From contig JAQCBR010000006.1 of NCBI GenBank assembly GCA_027621295.1, positions 3,385 to 67,384 on the forward strand: 64,000 nucleotides of DNA. The letters run 5' to 3'. This document shows, piece after piece, positions 1 to 9,147 of this stretch. Numbering within the stretch: position 1 is the first letter of the stretch; each line of letters starts with the position of its first letter. Under the pieces are notes generated by a model. It had not been told where the DNA came from, searched no databases, and saw only the letters and a list, made by a program, of their open reading frames with translations. This DNA is from Planctomycetota bacterium. Lineage in GTDB: Bacteria; Planctomycetota; UBA1135; UBA2386. A program made the translations under genes and the position numbers.

Positions 1-1457
1 CGCCGCGCGTGCCACGTCATGCTGACGTCGCAGTGCTCGCACTGCACCGCCGTGCCGCAGGACGGGCAGATCAGCGTCGGCGCGAAGCCCCGGCGGTTGA
101 GGAAGAGGATGATCTGGTCGCGCGTCGCGAGCCGCTCCTCCATCAGGTTCTGCAGCGTGCGTGAGATCGTCACGCCTTCGAAGTTCTGGCGCTTGTCCTC
201 CTTGCGGAGGTCCTCGACCAGGATGCGCGGCAGCGTGCCCTTGCCGGCGCGGTTGGGCAGCGTGATCAGCTCGTAGACCCCGCGCTTGGCGCGGCCGTAG
301 CTCTCGAGTGTCGGCGTCGCCGAGCCGAGGACGACGACCGCGTTCTCGATCGCGGCGCGGGCGATCGCGGTCTCGCGCGCGTGGTAGCGCGGCGTGGAGT
401 CCTGCTTGAACGAGTTCTCGTGCTCCTCGTCGATGACGATCAGCCCGACGTTCTCGAGCGGGGCGAACAGCGCCGAGCGCGCGCCGATCGCGACGTGCGC
501 GTCACCGCGCTGGATCCGGTGCCACTCCTGCGCGCGCTGCGCGCCGGTCAGCCCCGAGTGCAGCACCGCGACGTCGGGGAACCGCGCCGCGAACCGCCCC
601 ACCGTCTGCGGCGTCAGCGAGATCTCGGGCACGAGCACGATGGCCGCGCGGCCGAGCGCGCGGCAGCGCTCGAGGGCCTGGAGGTAGACCTCGGTCTTCC
701 CCGAGCCCGTCACGCCGTGGAGCAGGAAGGTCCGCGCCTCGCGCGCGTCGAGCGAACGCGTGATCCGGTCGACGGCGTCGCGCTGGCCTTCGTTGAGCTC
801 GTGGCGCTTCTGCCCCTCGGTCGTGTCCGGGATCAGCGGCTCCGCGTCCTCGTCGATCATCACGCGGCGGACAGCACCTCGCTTCTGCAGCGTCTTCCAC
901 GGGCTGTCGCTGGTGCCGGTGTCGCGCTGCAGCTGGAGCGTCGGCATCGGCGCCCCCCATTCGACGAGGGCGCGCAGCACGCGCGCCTGCTGCTCGTGGC
1001 GGTCCTCGAGCTCGACCGCGAGCACCTCGGCCTCATCGCTGCGCAGCGCGAGTTCGAGGTGCGGGATCTTGCGGACGCCGCGCTGCTTGGCGACGGCCGG
1101 CAGCATCGCGTCGAGCGCCTCACCGAGACTGCAGCCGTAGTCGTGCGTCATCTTCTGCGCGAGCTCGAGGAGCGCGCTCGGCAGAACGAAGTCGTGGTCG
1201 AGGACCTCGCGGACCGGGCGGACCTTGTGGGCCGGCACGTCGCCACACTCGTCCCGCGTCCGCACGACGACGCCCGGCATGTCCTTGCCGCGGAACGGCA
1301 CGCGGACCCGGCTGCCGGGCCGCGCCTCCTGGCCTTCCTCGAGCCGGTAGGTGAACGCGGTCTTCAGCGGCAGCTTGAGCGCGACCTCGACGAAGCGGCC
1401 GGACACCGGCTGATCCTCCGCCTCTCGCTCACCGAACAGGTCTGCCGCACCGCCCAT
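1..1457 (-). CDS. priA: Primosomal replication protein N' (PriA helicase); C-terminus runs off the left window edge
   Basis: Minus-strand translation from ATG at 1457 reads MGGAADLFGE... Walker A LLHGVTGSGKTEVY, DEEH box VIDEEHE, Cys-rich zinc region CPSCGTAVQCEHCD close to position 1. Absent from the ORF track because there is no stop inside the window. Confidence 0.9.
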   Translation of the reverse strand, partial: MGGAADLFGEREAEDQPVSGRFVEVALKLPLKTAFTYRLEEGQEARPGSRVRVPFRGKDMPGVVVRTRDECGDVPAHKVRPVREVLDHDFVLPSALLELAQKMTHDYGCSLGEALDAMLPAVAKQRGVRKIPHLELALRSDEAEVLAVELEDRHEQQARVLRALVEWGAPMPTLQLQRDTGTSDSPWKTLQKRGAVRRVMIDEDAEPLIPDTTEGQKRHELNEGQRDAVDRITRSLDAREARTFLLHGVTGSGKTEVYLQALERCRALGRAAIVLVPEISLTPQTVGRFAARFPDVAVLHSGLTGAQRAQEWHRIQRGDAHVAIGARSALFAPLENVGLIVIDEEHENSFKQDSTPRYHARETAIARAAIENAVVVLGSATPTLESYGRAKRGVYELITLPNRAGKGTLPRILVEDLRKEDKRQNFEGVTISRTLQNLMEERLATRDQIILFLNRRGFAPTLICPSCGTAVQCEHCDVSMTWHAR

Positions 1458-1525
1458 CGCCGCCGCAGAGGATCGGGGACCGGGAGCCGGGATGGAAGGG
1501 GCGGCCGCGGGGTGCGGCAGCCCGG

Positions 1526-2110
1526 TCAGGCGAGCCGGCCCGGCTGCCGGGGGTGGCTCCGCAGGAAGCGCGCGAGCCGGACCGCGCCGACCAGCGCTGG
1601 CGCGATGCCGGACGCGAACAGCCCGTGGCCCGGGTGCAGGTCGAGGGCGACGACCATCGCGCCGGCCAGGACGCAGGGGACCGCGTAGAGCGCGAGTTGC
1701 GCCGACCGGAAGCCGAGGCCCGCCGAGAGTGCCGCTACGCCGAGCAGCGTGGCGGGCATGCCGGCGACGAGGTCACGTGCTGCGGCCGCGTCCCGTGCGA
1801 CGAGTCCGCGGTAGGCCATGAGGCCCGCGACGAGCACGGCGACGCCGAGCCCGCAGAGCAGGACGAGTCCGCGACGCATGCCGGGCACGTCGGGCGACCC
1901 GAGGTCCGCAGAGCCGAGCCTGGGCGCGATGTGGCGCTCGTGGAAGGACCGCCAGATCGGGATCGACAGCGCGGGCAGGACCGCGCCGAACACCGGCTGG
2001 TCGGAAAGCCAGCACAGACCGATGCCGAGCATCGACAGGCCGGCGAAGAGCTCGATCGAGCCGTCGGCGAACCGCGGATCGCGAAGGCTGCGTTCCTGGG
2101 GATCGGTCAT
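1526..2110 (-). CDS. Hypothetical polytopic membrane protein (194 aa)
   Basis: Inner ATG (MTDPQERSL...) of track ORF 1526..2980. Four to five hydrophobic helices. The upstream part of the track ORF is Arg/Gly-rich and overlaps the next gene. Confidence 0.55.
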   Translation of the reverse strand: MTDPQERSLRDPRFADGSIELFAGLSMLGIGLCWLSDQPVFGAVLPALSIPIWRSFHERHIAPRLGSADLGSPDVPGMRRGLVLLCGLGVAVLVAGLMAYRGLVARDAAAARDLVAGMPATLLGVAALSAGLGFRSAQLALYAVPCVLAGAMVVALDLHPGHGLFASGIAPALVGAVRLARFLRSHPRQPGRLA

Positions 2111-2136
2111 GGTGTGGCTGCTCTCCGCGAACTCGG

Positions 2137-3021
2137 TCAGCGGTCGCCCTTCTTGCCGAGGAAGACCAGGTGCTGCCACGGCAGCTCGTCGAACTCGGAC
2201 AGGATCTCGAAGCCGTTGGCCTCCCACTCGCGGCGGATCTGGGCCTTCGACATCTTGTGGAGCGGCTTGATCGGGACGTCGGGGTCCTCGGCGCGGAACT
2301 CGACCAGGGCGACGCGGCCGCCGGGGCGGAGCGACGCGCGGATCGACGCGAGCATCTGCTCGGGGTAGGAGAGCTCGTGGTAGACGTCGACGAGCAGCAC
2401 GAGGTCGCAGGTGTCGGGCTCGAGGCGCGGGTCGGCGACGGTGCCGACGATGCGCTCGATGTTGTCGAGCCCCTCGCGCTCGGCGCGGCGGCGCAGCATC
2501 GACAGCATCTGCGGCTGGACGTCGACGCCGTAGACCGTGCCCTCGGGGCCGATGCGGCGCGCGATGCGGAGCGCGTGGTAGCCGTTGCCGCAGCCGAGGT
2601 CGCAGACGGCCATGCCTTCTTCGAGGCCCAGGTTGTCGAGCAGCTGCGTGACGTGCTCCTCGTCCTCGCGCGTCTCGCGCAGCAGCCAGTCGGCGCCGCG
2701 CCAGTGCATCGTCTGCGCGATCTCGCGGCCCATGTAGGTCGCGACCGGCGGCGGGAGCTCGGGCTCGACTTCCTCGACGACCTCCTCCGCGGCCGCCGCT
2801 CCCGGAGAATCGGCGACGACTCCGCCCTCGACGCCTCGGTCCGCGACCGGCTCCTCGACGGGCGTGGGCTCCTCCGCCGCCGCGACCGGACCGGAGGAAG
2901 TCTCGCCAGCCTCGGGCCCAGAACTGCGACTCTCGCCGGCCGTGCAGGCGAAGACGACGCCCAGGAGCAGCAGCGCGCACGGACGCAGCAGGACGAGGAG
3001 CCGGTCGAGGAGCAGGGACAC
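2137..3021 (-). CDS. Class I SAM-dependent methyltransferase with N-terminal signal/lipobox-like segment and acidic Pro/Glu linker
   Basis: Motif I VCDLGCGNGY, then VYGVDVQPQML and LLVDVYHEL. GTG start at 3021 gives VSLLLDRLLVLLRPCALLLLGVVFAC. The track start at 3183 would overlap the upstream MazG-like gene by about 100 nt. Confidence 0.75.
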   Translation of the reverse strand: MSLLLDRLLVLLRPCALLLLGVVFACTAGESRSSGPEAGETSSGPVAAAEEPTPVEEPVADRGVEGGVVADSPGAAAAEEVVEEVEPELPPPVATYMGREIAQTMHWRGADWLLRETREDEEHVTQLLDNLGLEEGMAVCDLGCGNGYHALRIARRIGPEGTVYGVDVQPQMLSMLRRRAEREGLDNIERIVGTVADPRLEPDTCDLVLLVDVYHELSYPEQMLASIRASLRPGGRVALVEFRAEDPDVPIKPLHKMSKAQIRREWEANGFEILSEFDELPWQHLVFLGKKGDR

Positions 3022-3074
3022 GCCCGCATCATCGCACGACGGACGCCGTGCGTGGGAGCCCAGGTTTGCCGCGA

Positions 3075-3374
3075 TCAGCACGCGCAGGGCGTGGCGCTGC
3101 ACTTCGGGCAGCCGGCCGCGTACTTCTTGCGGCCGACCTCGTCGAGGTCGAGACCGTGCAGCGAGGCCAGCGTCGCCAGCCACGCGTAGACGTCGGCGAA
3201 CTCCTCCTCGAGGTTCTGGCGCTCCTGGCGCCGGATCGCCCGGACCAGCTCGCCGACCTCCTCGACGAACCAGAGCAGCGTGCCGGGCACGCCGCGGGCC
3301 GCGTCGCGCTCGAGGTAGATCTGCTCGATCCGCTTCTGGAAGGAGACGGCGTCGGGGTTCGTGTCGTCGGCCAC
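3075..3374 (-). CDS. Small MazG-like nucleotide pyrophosphohydrolase (99 aa)
   Basis: EEVGELVRAI and EEFADVYAWL helices typical of the all-alpha NTP-PPase fold. C-terminal CPKCSATPCAC. GTG start at 3374 lies 1 nt after the upstream stop codon (3377-3379). Confidence 0.7.
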   Translation of the reverse strand: MADDTNPDAVSFQKRIEQIYLERDAARGVPGTLLWFVEEVGELVRAIRRQERQNLEEEFADVYAWLATLASLHGLDLDEVGRKKYAAGCPKCSATPCAC

Positions 3375-3376
3375 GG

Positions 3377-4450
3377 TCAGCTCACGCGCTTGATGGTCAG
3401 GAGGAGCACGTCCTCGCGGAGGCCGTCGGCGCCGGCGTCGCTCTCGATCGTGCCGAGCACGAGGTTGACGAACGCAGACGTGTTCTTCGGCGAGTGCTCG
3501 CGGACGAGGTCGAGCAGGTCCTGGCTGCGGACGCCGGCGTCGTTGGTCTGGACCAGACGCACGCCGGGCTGGAAGTCGATCGTCTCGGGCCGGAGCCCCT
3601 TCTCGAACACCGGCCCCTCGTCGAGGCCGAGCGCGAGGCCCTCGGCCGCGCTCTCGAAGACCTGACCGGCCTTGCAGATCCAGACCGGGGCGCGGAAGCC
3701 TGCCTGGTAGAGCTTGGCCTGGCCGGCCTGGACCTCGATCAGGCTGGCCTTCGCGCAGGCGCCGCGCGGCAGGCGCTTGTGGAGCGTCCGGTTGGTGTGC
3801 GCGAGGGCCTTGCGCGCGGTGGCACCCGCCTCGAGCGCGCGGACCAGCTCGTCGCGCGCGGTCCGGCACGCGAGCACCGCGATCGGTCCCGCACCCTCGC
3901 CCGAGACCACGTAGGCGACGTCACCGACCGCGCCGAAGTAGTCGAGTCCGCCGCGGCTGCCCGGCCCGATCGCGCCGTCGAGCTCGCAGCCCTCGGGCTG
4001 GGCGAGCGGGTCCGCGAGCGTCGCGTCACGGAGCTCCCGCACCTGCGGGTCCATCGTCGCCGCTGCGCCGCTGCCCTTGTCGAGCTCCTCGAACATCGCC
4101 GACAGGTCGGCGGACAGGTGCTGGAGCCCGCGGCCGAGCACCGTGATCTCGTCGTTGCCGGACACGCGGATGCGCACCTCGCCGCCGCTGCCGCGACCGA
4201 TCTTGCCGACCGCGAGGTTGAGGTCCGTGAGCCGCGTCGCGAGCTGCCCGCCCTGGCTGTAGGCGAGGAAGCCGACCACGGCCCCGACGACGACCGCCAT
4301 CAGCATCCCGAACAGCCAGCCGCGCTGGTCGGCAGGCCCCAGGGAGACGACGACCAGGGCCGCGCCGACCAGCGCCGCGGCGCCGGTGACGATCGCCAGC
4401 CGGACCGCGAGCTTGCCGGCGCTCTTCTGCTTCGGACGGCTCAACGGCAC
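3377..4450 (-). CDS. Membrane-bound HAMP domain / PP2C-type (SpoIIE-like) serine phosphatase
   Basis: Two N-terminal TM helices, a HAMP-like linker (LNLAVGKIGRGSGGEVRIRVSGNDEITVLGRGLQHL), then a C-terminal SpoIIE-like pattern (GGLDYFGAVGDVAYVVSGEG ... LYQAGF ... LVQTNDAG ... EDVLLLTI). Confidence 0.65.
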   Translation of the reverse strand: MPLSRPKQKSAGKLAVRLAIVTGAAALVGAALVVVSLGPADQRGWLFGMLMAVVVGAVVGFLAYSQGGQLATRLTDLNLAVGKIGRGSGGEVRIRVSGNDEITVLGRGLQHLSADLSAMFEELDKGSGAAATMDPQVRELRDATLADPLAQPEGCELDGAIGPGSRGGLDYFGAVGDVAYVVSGEGAGPIAVLACRTARDELVRALEAGATARKALAHTNRTLHKRLPRGACAKASLIEVQAGQAKLYQAGFRAPVWICKAGQVFESAAEGLALGLDEGPVFEKGLRPETIDFQPGVRLVQTNDAGVRSQDLLDLVREHSPKNTSAFVNLVLGTIESDAGADGLREDVLLLTIKRVS

Positions 4451-4507
4451 ACCTCTGTGCGAAGGCGGGACATCGCGCGCGATGGTAGCGCGGTCCGCGT
4501 CACCCGA

Positions 4508-4993
4508 TCACTGCAGAAGTCCGAACGACTCGGCGACGAGCAGCACCAAGCCAGCGTAGACACCTGCCGCGACGTCGTCGGCCATCACGCCGGTCGCACC
4601 GGGCAGCTCCTCGAGCCGGTCCGCGGGCGGGACCTTGACCACGTCGAAGACCCGGAACGCGATGAACGCGACCACGTGGACGTAAGCGTGCGGCGTGCCG
4701 TGGAACGCCGCGTAGATGCCGACCGCGACCAGGTAGCCGACGATCTCGTCGAGCACGACCTGGCCCGGGTCTTCGTTCGGCCACGTGCGGGCGATGAAGT
4801 CCGACTGGAGCGCGCCGAAGCCGTAGAGCACGAGCGCGAGGCCGAGCAGCACCCAGCCGAGCCACGATGCGGGACACACCGCGCCGAGGAGGATGGCGAT
4901 CAGCACGCCCGGCAGCGTGCCGAACGTGCCGGAGGCGACCGGCGCGTAGCCGGTGCCGAAGCCGGAGAGCAGGATCGCGCGGAGTCGGTCCAT
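4508..4993 (-). CDS. pgpA: Phosphatidylglycerophosphatase A
   Basis: GFGTGYAPVASGTFGTLPG and VLDEIVGY motifs. Inner ATG of track ORF 4508..5755. Confidence 0.85.
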   Translation of the reverse strand: MDRLRAILLSGFGTGYAPVASGTFGTLPGVLIAILLGAVCPASWLGWVLLGLALVLYGFGALQSDFIARTWPNEDPGQVVLDEIVGYLVAVGIYAAFHGTPHAYVHVVAFIAFRVFDVVKVPPADRLEELPGATGVMADDVAAGVYAGLVLLVAESFGLLQ

Positions 4994-5007
4994 CGTCGTC
5001 GCGGAGG

Positions 5008-5574
5008 TCAGGAGGCGCGGAGCAGGCCGCGGGCCTTCCACACGTAGTGGACGCCGGACCAGACGGTGAGCACCAGGGTCGCCCAGATGCCGTAGGCGGC
5101 GACCGGCGTCCAGAACGTCGAGCCGGCGACCAGCGTCAGCAGCGCGCCCGCGGTGCAGCACTGGACGACCATCTTGACCTTGCCGAGACCGTCCGCGCCG
5201 AACTCGACGCCCTCGGACTCGGCGAGTCCGCGGACCGCGGTGACGAGGAACTCGCGACCGAGGATGACGACGACCATCCAGGTCGACATGTGCTCGGTCG
5301 CGATCGGGAACCGGAGCAGGCAGGTCAGCACGCCGCAGATCAGGATCTTGTCGACGAAGGGATCGGCGACGCGGCCGAACGCGGTCACCTGCCCGTTGCG
5401 GCGCGCGAGCCATCCGTCGAAGAAGTCGGAGACCGCGGCGACGACGAAGATCCAGAACGCCGCCCAGACCGGCGCGCTCGACGGCTCTGTGCCCGGACCT
5501 GCGAGCTCCAGCAACACGAAGCAGGCCGCGGTCAGCAGGAGACGCGCGAGCGTGATCGTGTTGGGGAGGTTCAC
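5008..5574 (-). CDS. pgsA: CDP-diacylglycerol--glycerol-3-phosphate 3-phosphatidyltransferase
   Basis: CDP-alcohol phosphatidyltransferase signature DFFDGWLARRNGQVTAFGRVADPFVDK. GTG start overlaps the rimO stop (GTGA). Confidence 0.9.
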   Translation of the reverse strand: MNLPNTITLARLLLTAACFVLLELAGPGTEPSSAPVWAAFWIFVVAAVSDFFDGWLARRNGQVTAFGRVADPFVDKILICGVLTCLLRFPIATEHMSTWMVVVILGREFLVTAVRGLAESEGVEFGADGLGKVKMVVQCCTAGALLTLVAGSTFWTPVAAYGIWATLVLTVWSGVHYVWKARGLLRAS

Positions 5575-6947
5575 CGGGCTCCCTCCGGCTGGGTATCGGC
5601 CGGATCCAGGAGCTGCGCGTCGAGGTCGTACTCGTCGCAGCCGGTGATCTCGACGTCGACGAACGCGCCGGGCTCCAGGCCCTCGGCGCGCACGCGGACC
5701 GTGCCGTCGACCTCGGGGGCGTCGGCGAACGTCCGTCCGAGCCAGGTGACGCCATCCGGCGCCAGCCCGTCGATCAGCACTTCGGCGCGCGTGCCGACCA
5801 GCGACTGGTTGCGGGCCACGTGGATGCGCTTCTGGATCGCCATCAGCTCGGCGCGGCGCTCCTCGGCCAGCTCCGCCGGCACGAGGTCCTCGCGGTCGAA
5901 CGCGCGGGTGCCTTCCTCGTGCGAGTAGGTGAACACCCCCATCCGCTCGAAGCGGTACTCCTCGACGAAGGCCCGGAGCTCGTCCTGGTCCTGGTCGGTC
6001 TCGCCAGGGAAGCCGGTGATGAACGTCGTCCGCACCGCGATGCCGGGCACCTCGTCGCGGAGCCGCCAGAGGATGCCGGCGACCTGTTCCTTCGAGACGC
6101 CGCGGCGCATGCCCTTGAGCATCGCGCTCGTGATGTGCTGGACCGGGATGTCGAGGTAGGGCACGACGCGCGGATGCTCGCGCATCACCGCGGTGAGCTC
6201 GGGGAGCACGGTGTGCGGATACGCGTACATCAGCCGGACCCAGACAACGCCGGGCACGTCGGCCACAGCGGCGACCAGCTCGTGGATGCGGCGCTTGCGG
6301 TCGATGTCGAGGCCGTAGGCGGTGCTGTCCTCGGCGACGAGGACGATCTCGCGGACGCCCCTGTCGACGAGGCCACGCGCCTCTTCGAGGATCACGTCGA
6401 TCGGCTTGCTGCGGTTGCGGCCCCGCATCGACGGGATCGCGCAGAACGCGCAGGTGTGGTCGCAGCCCTCGGACACGCGGAGGTAGGCGAAGCTCTTCGG
6501 CGTCAGCAGCATCCGACCGACGTCGGAGCGGGCCGACTTGGGACGGCCGCCGTCGATCGTCGCGACCATCCGCTTCTCGTTGCCGTTGACGATCTTCCGG
6601 ACCAGAGCGGGGACGCCGGAGTAGTCGCTGATGCCGAGCACCGCGTCGACCTCGGGGATCGAGGTCCGCAGGTCGTCCGCGTAGCGCTGCGCCAGGCAGC
6701 CGACCGCGACGACGCCCTTGACGACGCCTTCGTCCTTCAGCCGGCAGGCTTCGAGGATCGTGTCGATCGACTCCTGCTTGGCTGCGTCGATGAACCCGCA
6801 GGTGTTGACGACGACGACGTCGGCATCCTCGGACTCACGAACGACCTGGAGCCCCTCCTCGGCCACGTGGCCGAGCAGGACCTCGGAGTCGACCAGGTTC
6901 CGGGCGCAGCCCAGACTGATCAGGGAGACGCGGATCGCCTCGTTCAA
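5571..6947 (-). CDS. rimO: Ribosomal protein S12 methylthiotransferase
   Basis: N-terminal MTTase SLISLGCARNLVDSE, radical-SAM CDHTCAFCAIP, C-terminal TRAM. I prefer the TTG start at 6947 (MNEAIRVSLISLGC). The track start at 7094 adds an Arg/Pro-rich 49-aa leader. Confidence 0.88.
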   Translation of the reverse strand: MNEAIRVSLISLGCARNLVDSEVLLGHVAEEGLQVVRESEDADVVVVNTCGFIDAAKQESIDTILEACRLKDEGVVKGVVAVGCLAQRYADDLRTSIPEVDAVLGISDYSGVPALVRKIVNGNEKRMVATIDGGRPKSARSDVGRMLLTPKSFAYLRVSEGCDHTCAFCAIPSMRGRNRSKPIDVILEEARGLVDRGVREIVLVAEDSTAYGLDIDRKRRIHELVAAVADVPGVVWVRLMYAYPHTVLPELTAVMREHPRVVPYLDIPVQHITSAMLKGMRRGVSKEQVAGILWRLRDEVPGIAVRTTFITGFPGETDQDQDELRAFVEEYRFERMGVFTYSHEEGTRAFDREDLVPAELAEERRAELMAIQKRIHVARNQSLVGTRAEVLIDGLAPDGVTWLGRTFADAPEVDGTVRVRAEGLEPGAFVDVEITGCDEYDLDAQLLDPADTQPEGAR

Positions 6948-7097
6948 CGTGCTTCGTCGGCGGGACCCGTCCGAACTGGAGCGCGCCGGGGACGGGGGCG
7001 ACCGGCGCGCAGGGATTCTACGCAAACGCGCGCGGAACCGAGGGCTCCGCGCGCGTCCTTCGGCCGGGAACGGTGCTGGCACCGCCCCGGGCACCCC

Positions 7098-7550
7098 TCA
7101 CTGGGGCTTGGCCTGGACGACCCAGACCTTGATCGTCGCGTCGACGTCCTGGTGCAGGTGCACCGCCACGTCGAAGACACCGATCTCCTTGAGCGGGCTG
7201 TCGAGACGGACCGCCTTGGCGTCCACGTCGAAGCCCTTCTCGCGGAGCGCGTCCGCGATCTGTGCCGCGGTGACCGAGCCGAAGAGGTGACCCTCTTCGT
7301 TGGCCCGACCTTCGACCGTGACCGAGGCCTGCGCCAGCTTCTGGGCGTAGTCCTTCAGCGTCTCGACGCGGGCCTTCTCCTCGGCCAGGGCGCGGGCGCG
7401 CTCCTTCTCGATCTGCGCGAGGTTGGCCTTGGTGACCGGGACCGCGAGACCGAAGGGCAGGAGATAGTTGCGGGCGTAACCCGGACGGACGGTGACGACG
7501 TCGCCGATCCGGCCGAGGTTCTCGATGGACTTCTTGAGCAGCAGTTCCAT
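7098..7550 (-). CDS. rplI: 50S ribosomal protein L9
   Basis: MELLLKKSIENLGRIGDVVTVRPGYARNYLLP. Inner ATG of track ORF 7098..7781. Confidence 0.92.
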   Translation of the reverse strand: MELLLKKSIENLGRIGDVVTVRPGYARNYLLPFGLAVPVTKANLAQIEKERARALAEEKARVETLKDYAQKLAQASVTVEGRANEEGHLFGSVTAAQIADALREKGFDVDAKAVRLDSPLKEIGVFDVAVHLHQDVDATIKVWVVQAKPQ

Positions 7551-7551
7551 G

Positions 7552-7869
7552 TCAGCTCCTCCCGACGAACGGCAGCAGCGCCAGCGCCCGGGCGACCTTG
7601 ATCGCGTTGGCGAGCTTGCGCTGGTTCTGGCCCGAGAAACCGGACCGGCGGCGCGAGTGGATCTTGCCGGTGGGACCGATGAACTTCTGGAGGTAGCCGA
7701 TGTTCTTGTAGTCGAGCGGTTCTTCCGGCTCGACCGTGGTCTTCGGGCGACCGAACTTCGCGAACTTGCCGCGACGGCCACCAGGACCGGTCATGCGGCG
7801 GCCGCTCGACTCACCGCCGGTGCGGCCTTCGCCGCCGGCGGCTTCGGGGGTCTGGTTCTCGGCGGTCAT
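7552..7869 (-). CDS. rpsR: 30S ribosomal protein S18 (N-terminally extended)
   Basis: DYKNIGYLQKFIGPTGKIHSRRRSGFSGQNQRKLANAIKVARALALLPF. ATG overlaps the rpsF stop (ATGA). Confidence 0.9.
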   Translation of the reverse strand: MTAENQTPEAAGGEGRTGGESSGRRMTGPGGRRGKFAKFGRPKTTVEPEEPLDYKNIGYLQKFIGPTGKIHSRRRSGFSGQNQRKLANAIKVARALALLPFVGRS

Positions 7870-8390
7870 GCGTCACCCTCCTTGGTTTCTTCGGTGTTCT
7901 CCGCGGCTGCGTCGCTCGAGGCCTCGGCGGCCGGAGCTTCTTCAGCAGCGTCTTCGCCCGCGCCCGACTCTTCGGCCTTGGCCTCTTCAGCCGGAGCTTC
8001 CTCTTCGGGCTCGTCCTCCGGCAGATCGGTCATCGACGTGTCCTCGACGCGGACCGCCGATTCGTCGAACTCGGCTTCCGGATCGTACGCGTCTGCGGGG
8101 ATCTCCTCGCAGGCGAGCGTCATGTGCCGGAACACCGCTTCGGCGTACTCGAGCTCGCGGCGGATGGCCGCCAGCTCCGAAGTCTCCGCCTCGTAGTACG
8201 CGAGCAGGTAGGTGCCGCGCAGCTGGTGCTGGATCGGGTAGGCGAGACGACGTTCGTCCCACCGCTTGGCGCTCTTGATCGTCGCGCCGTGCTTGGTGAA
8301 GAGTCCGCAGACCTGGTCCTTCAGGGCTTGCCAGCCCTGCTTCACTTCCCGGTTGTCCAGGAGGACCATGGTTTCGTAGGTTCGTTTCAA
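7866..8390 (-). CDS. rpsF: 30S ribosomal protein S6 with long acidic C-terminal tail
   Basis: MKRTYETMVLLDN...WDERRLAYPI...GTYLLAYYEA, then a Glu/Asp/Ala-rich tail of about 70 aa. Confidence 0.9.
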   Translation of the reverse strand: MKRTYETMVLLDNREVKQGWQALKDQVCGLFTKHGATIKSAKRWDERRLAYPIQHQLRGTYLLAYYEAETSELAAIRRELEYAEAVFRHMTLACEEIPADAYDPEAEFDESAVRVEDTSMTDLPEDEPEEEAPAEEAKAEESGAGEDAAEEAPAAEASSDAAAENTEETKEGDA

Positions 8391-9139
8391 GCTAAGGGAT
8401 CTCCTGGGCGATCCACCGCGGCCGAGCCGGCCTCATCGGCCGAGCTCCAACCGTTGTGGTGCCCCATCAGGGTTTCGATCGCCGCGCCTCCGCACCACTC
8501 ACGCAGCACGAGGACGCAGCGCTCCACGACCGACTGGAGAACCTTCCGTTCGTCTTGCTGAAAGCGCGCCAGGACGAAGTCCACGGTGTCATCCGAGCCG
8601 GAGCTCAGAGAGACGCCTTGGTCCACGTCGGATGGCCGCCCGATGCCGAGACGGAGTCTTGGATACCCGTCGGAGCCCAACGCACTCGAGATCGACTTGA
8701 GTCCGTTGTGCCCACCAGAGCTCCCAGACGGCCGGACACGTATCCGGCCCAGCGGCAGGTTCAGGTCGTCGACGACGACAAAGAGCGCATCCGGAGTGAG
8801 ACCGTGCAGCCTGAGGAGCGGCCCGGCCACGTCTCCGGAAAGGTTGACATACGTGAGAGGTTTGACGAGCAGGGTCGGGCCCTGTTCGCCGTCGCCCTCC
8901 CACAGAGCGACGTGTGCTTTGACTCGGCCACCGAAGAGCTTCCGCCCTTCGGCAGCCCGACGCTCGAGGCGCCGGAACGGCGTCCCGACCTGCTCGGCGA
9001 GCCGGTCGAGGACCATGAAGCCGGCGTTGTGCCGGGTGTGTTCGTATTCGGGTCCCGGGTTGCCGATGCCGAGCACGACGCGGCGGTAGGCGGGCGCCTC
9101 ACCGCTGCGGCCGGACTCCTGGTCGGACGTCGGGACCAC
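8387..9139 (-). CDS. pth: Peptidyl-tRNA hydrolase (longer than usual, 250 aa)
   Basis: VVLGIGNPGPEYEHTRHNAGF, VVVDDLNLPLGRIRVRPSGSSGGHNGLKS. GTG start at 9139. An alternative GTG at 9076 would give MLGIGNPG. Confidence 0.88.
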   Translation of the reverse strand: MVPTSDQESGRSGEAPAYRRVVLGIGNPGPEYEHTRHNAGFMVLDRLAEQVGTPFRRLERRAAEGRKLFGGRVKAHVALWEGDGEQGPTLLVKPLTYVNLSGDVAGPLLRLHGLTPDALFVVVDDLNLPLGRIRVRPSGSSGGHNGLKSISSALGSDGYPRLRLGIGRPSDVDQGVSLSSGSDDTVDFVLARFQQDERKVLQSVVERCVLVLREWCGGAAIETLMGHHNGWSSADEAGSAAVDRPGDPLA

Positions 9140-9147
9140 GGACGAGA

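Noticed and set aside
2864-5047. 727-aa plus-strand ORF. Similar long antisense ORFs at 381..1688, 5820..7601, 9160..10998, 10914..12698, 12951..14474, 21503..24175, 25024..26655, 27955..29640, 31434..33293, 33342..34703, 34580..36136, 44350..46005, 46402..47847, 47694..49055, 54830..57409
   Set aside because: Each lies opposite a gene with strong family motifs or good signal peptides. Their translations are dominated by Arg, Gly, Asp, Pro and Ala as expected for the reverse frames of GC3-rich genes. None shows a recognisable domain.
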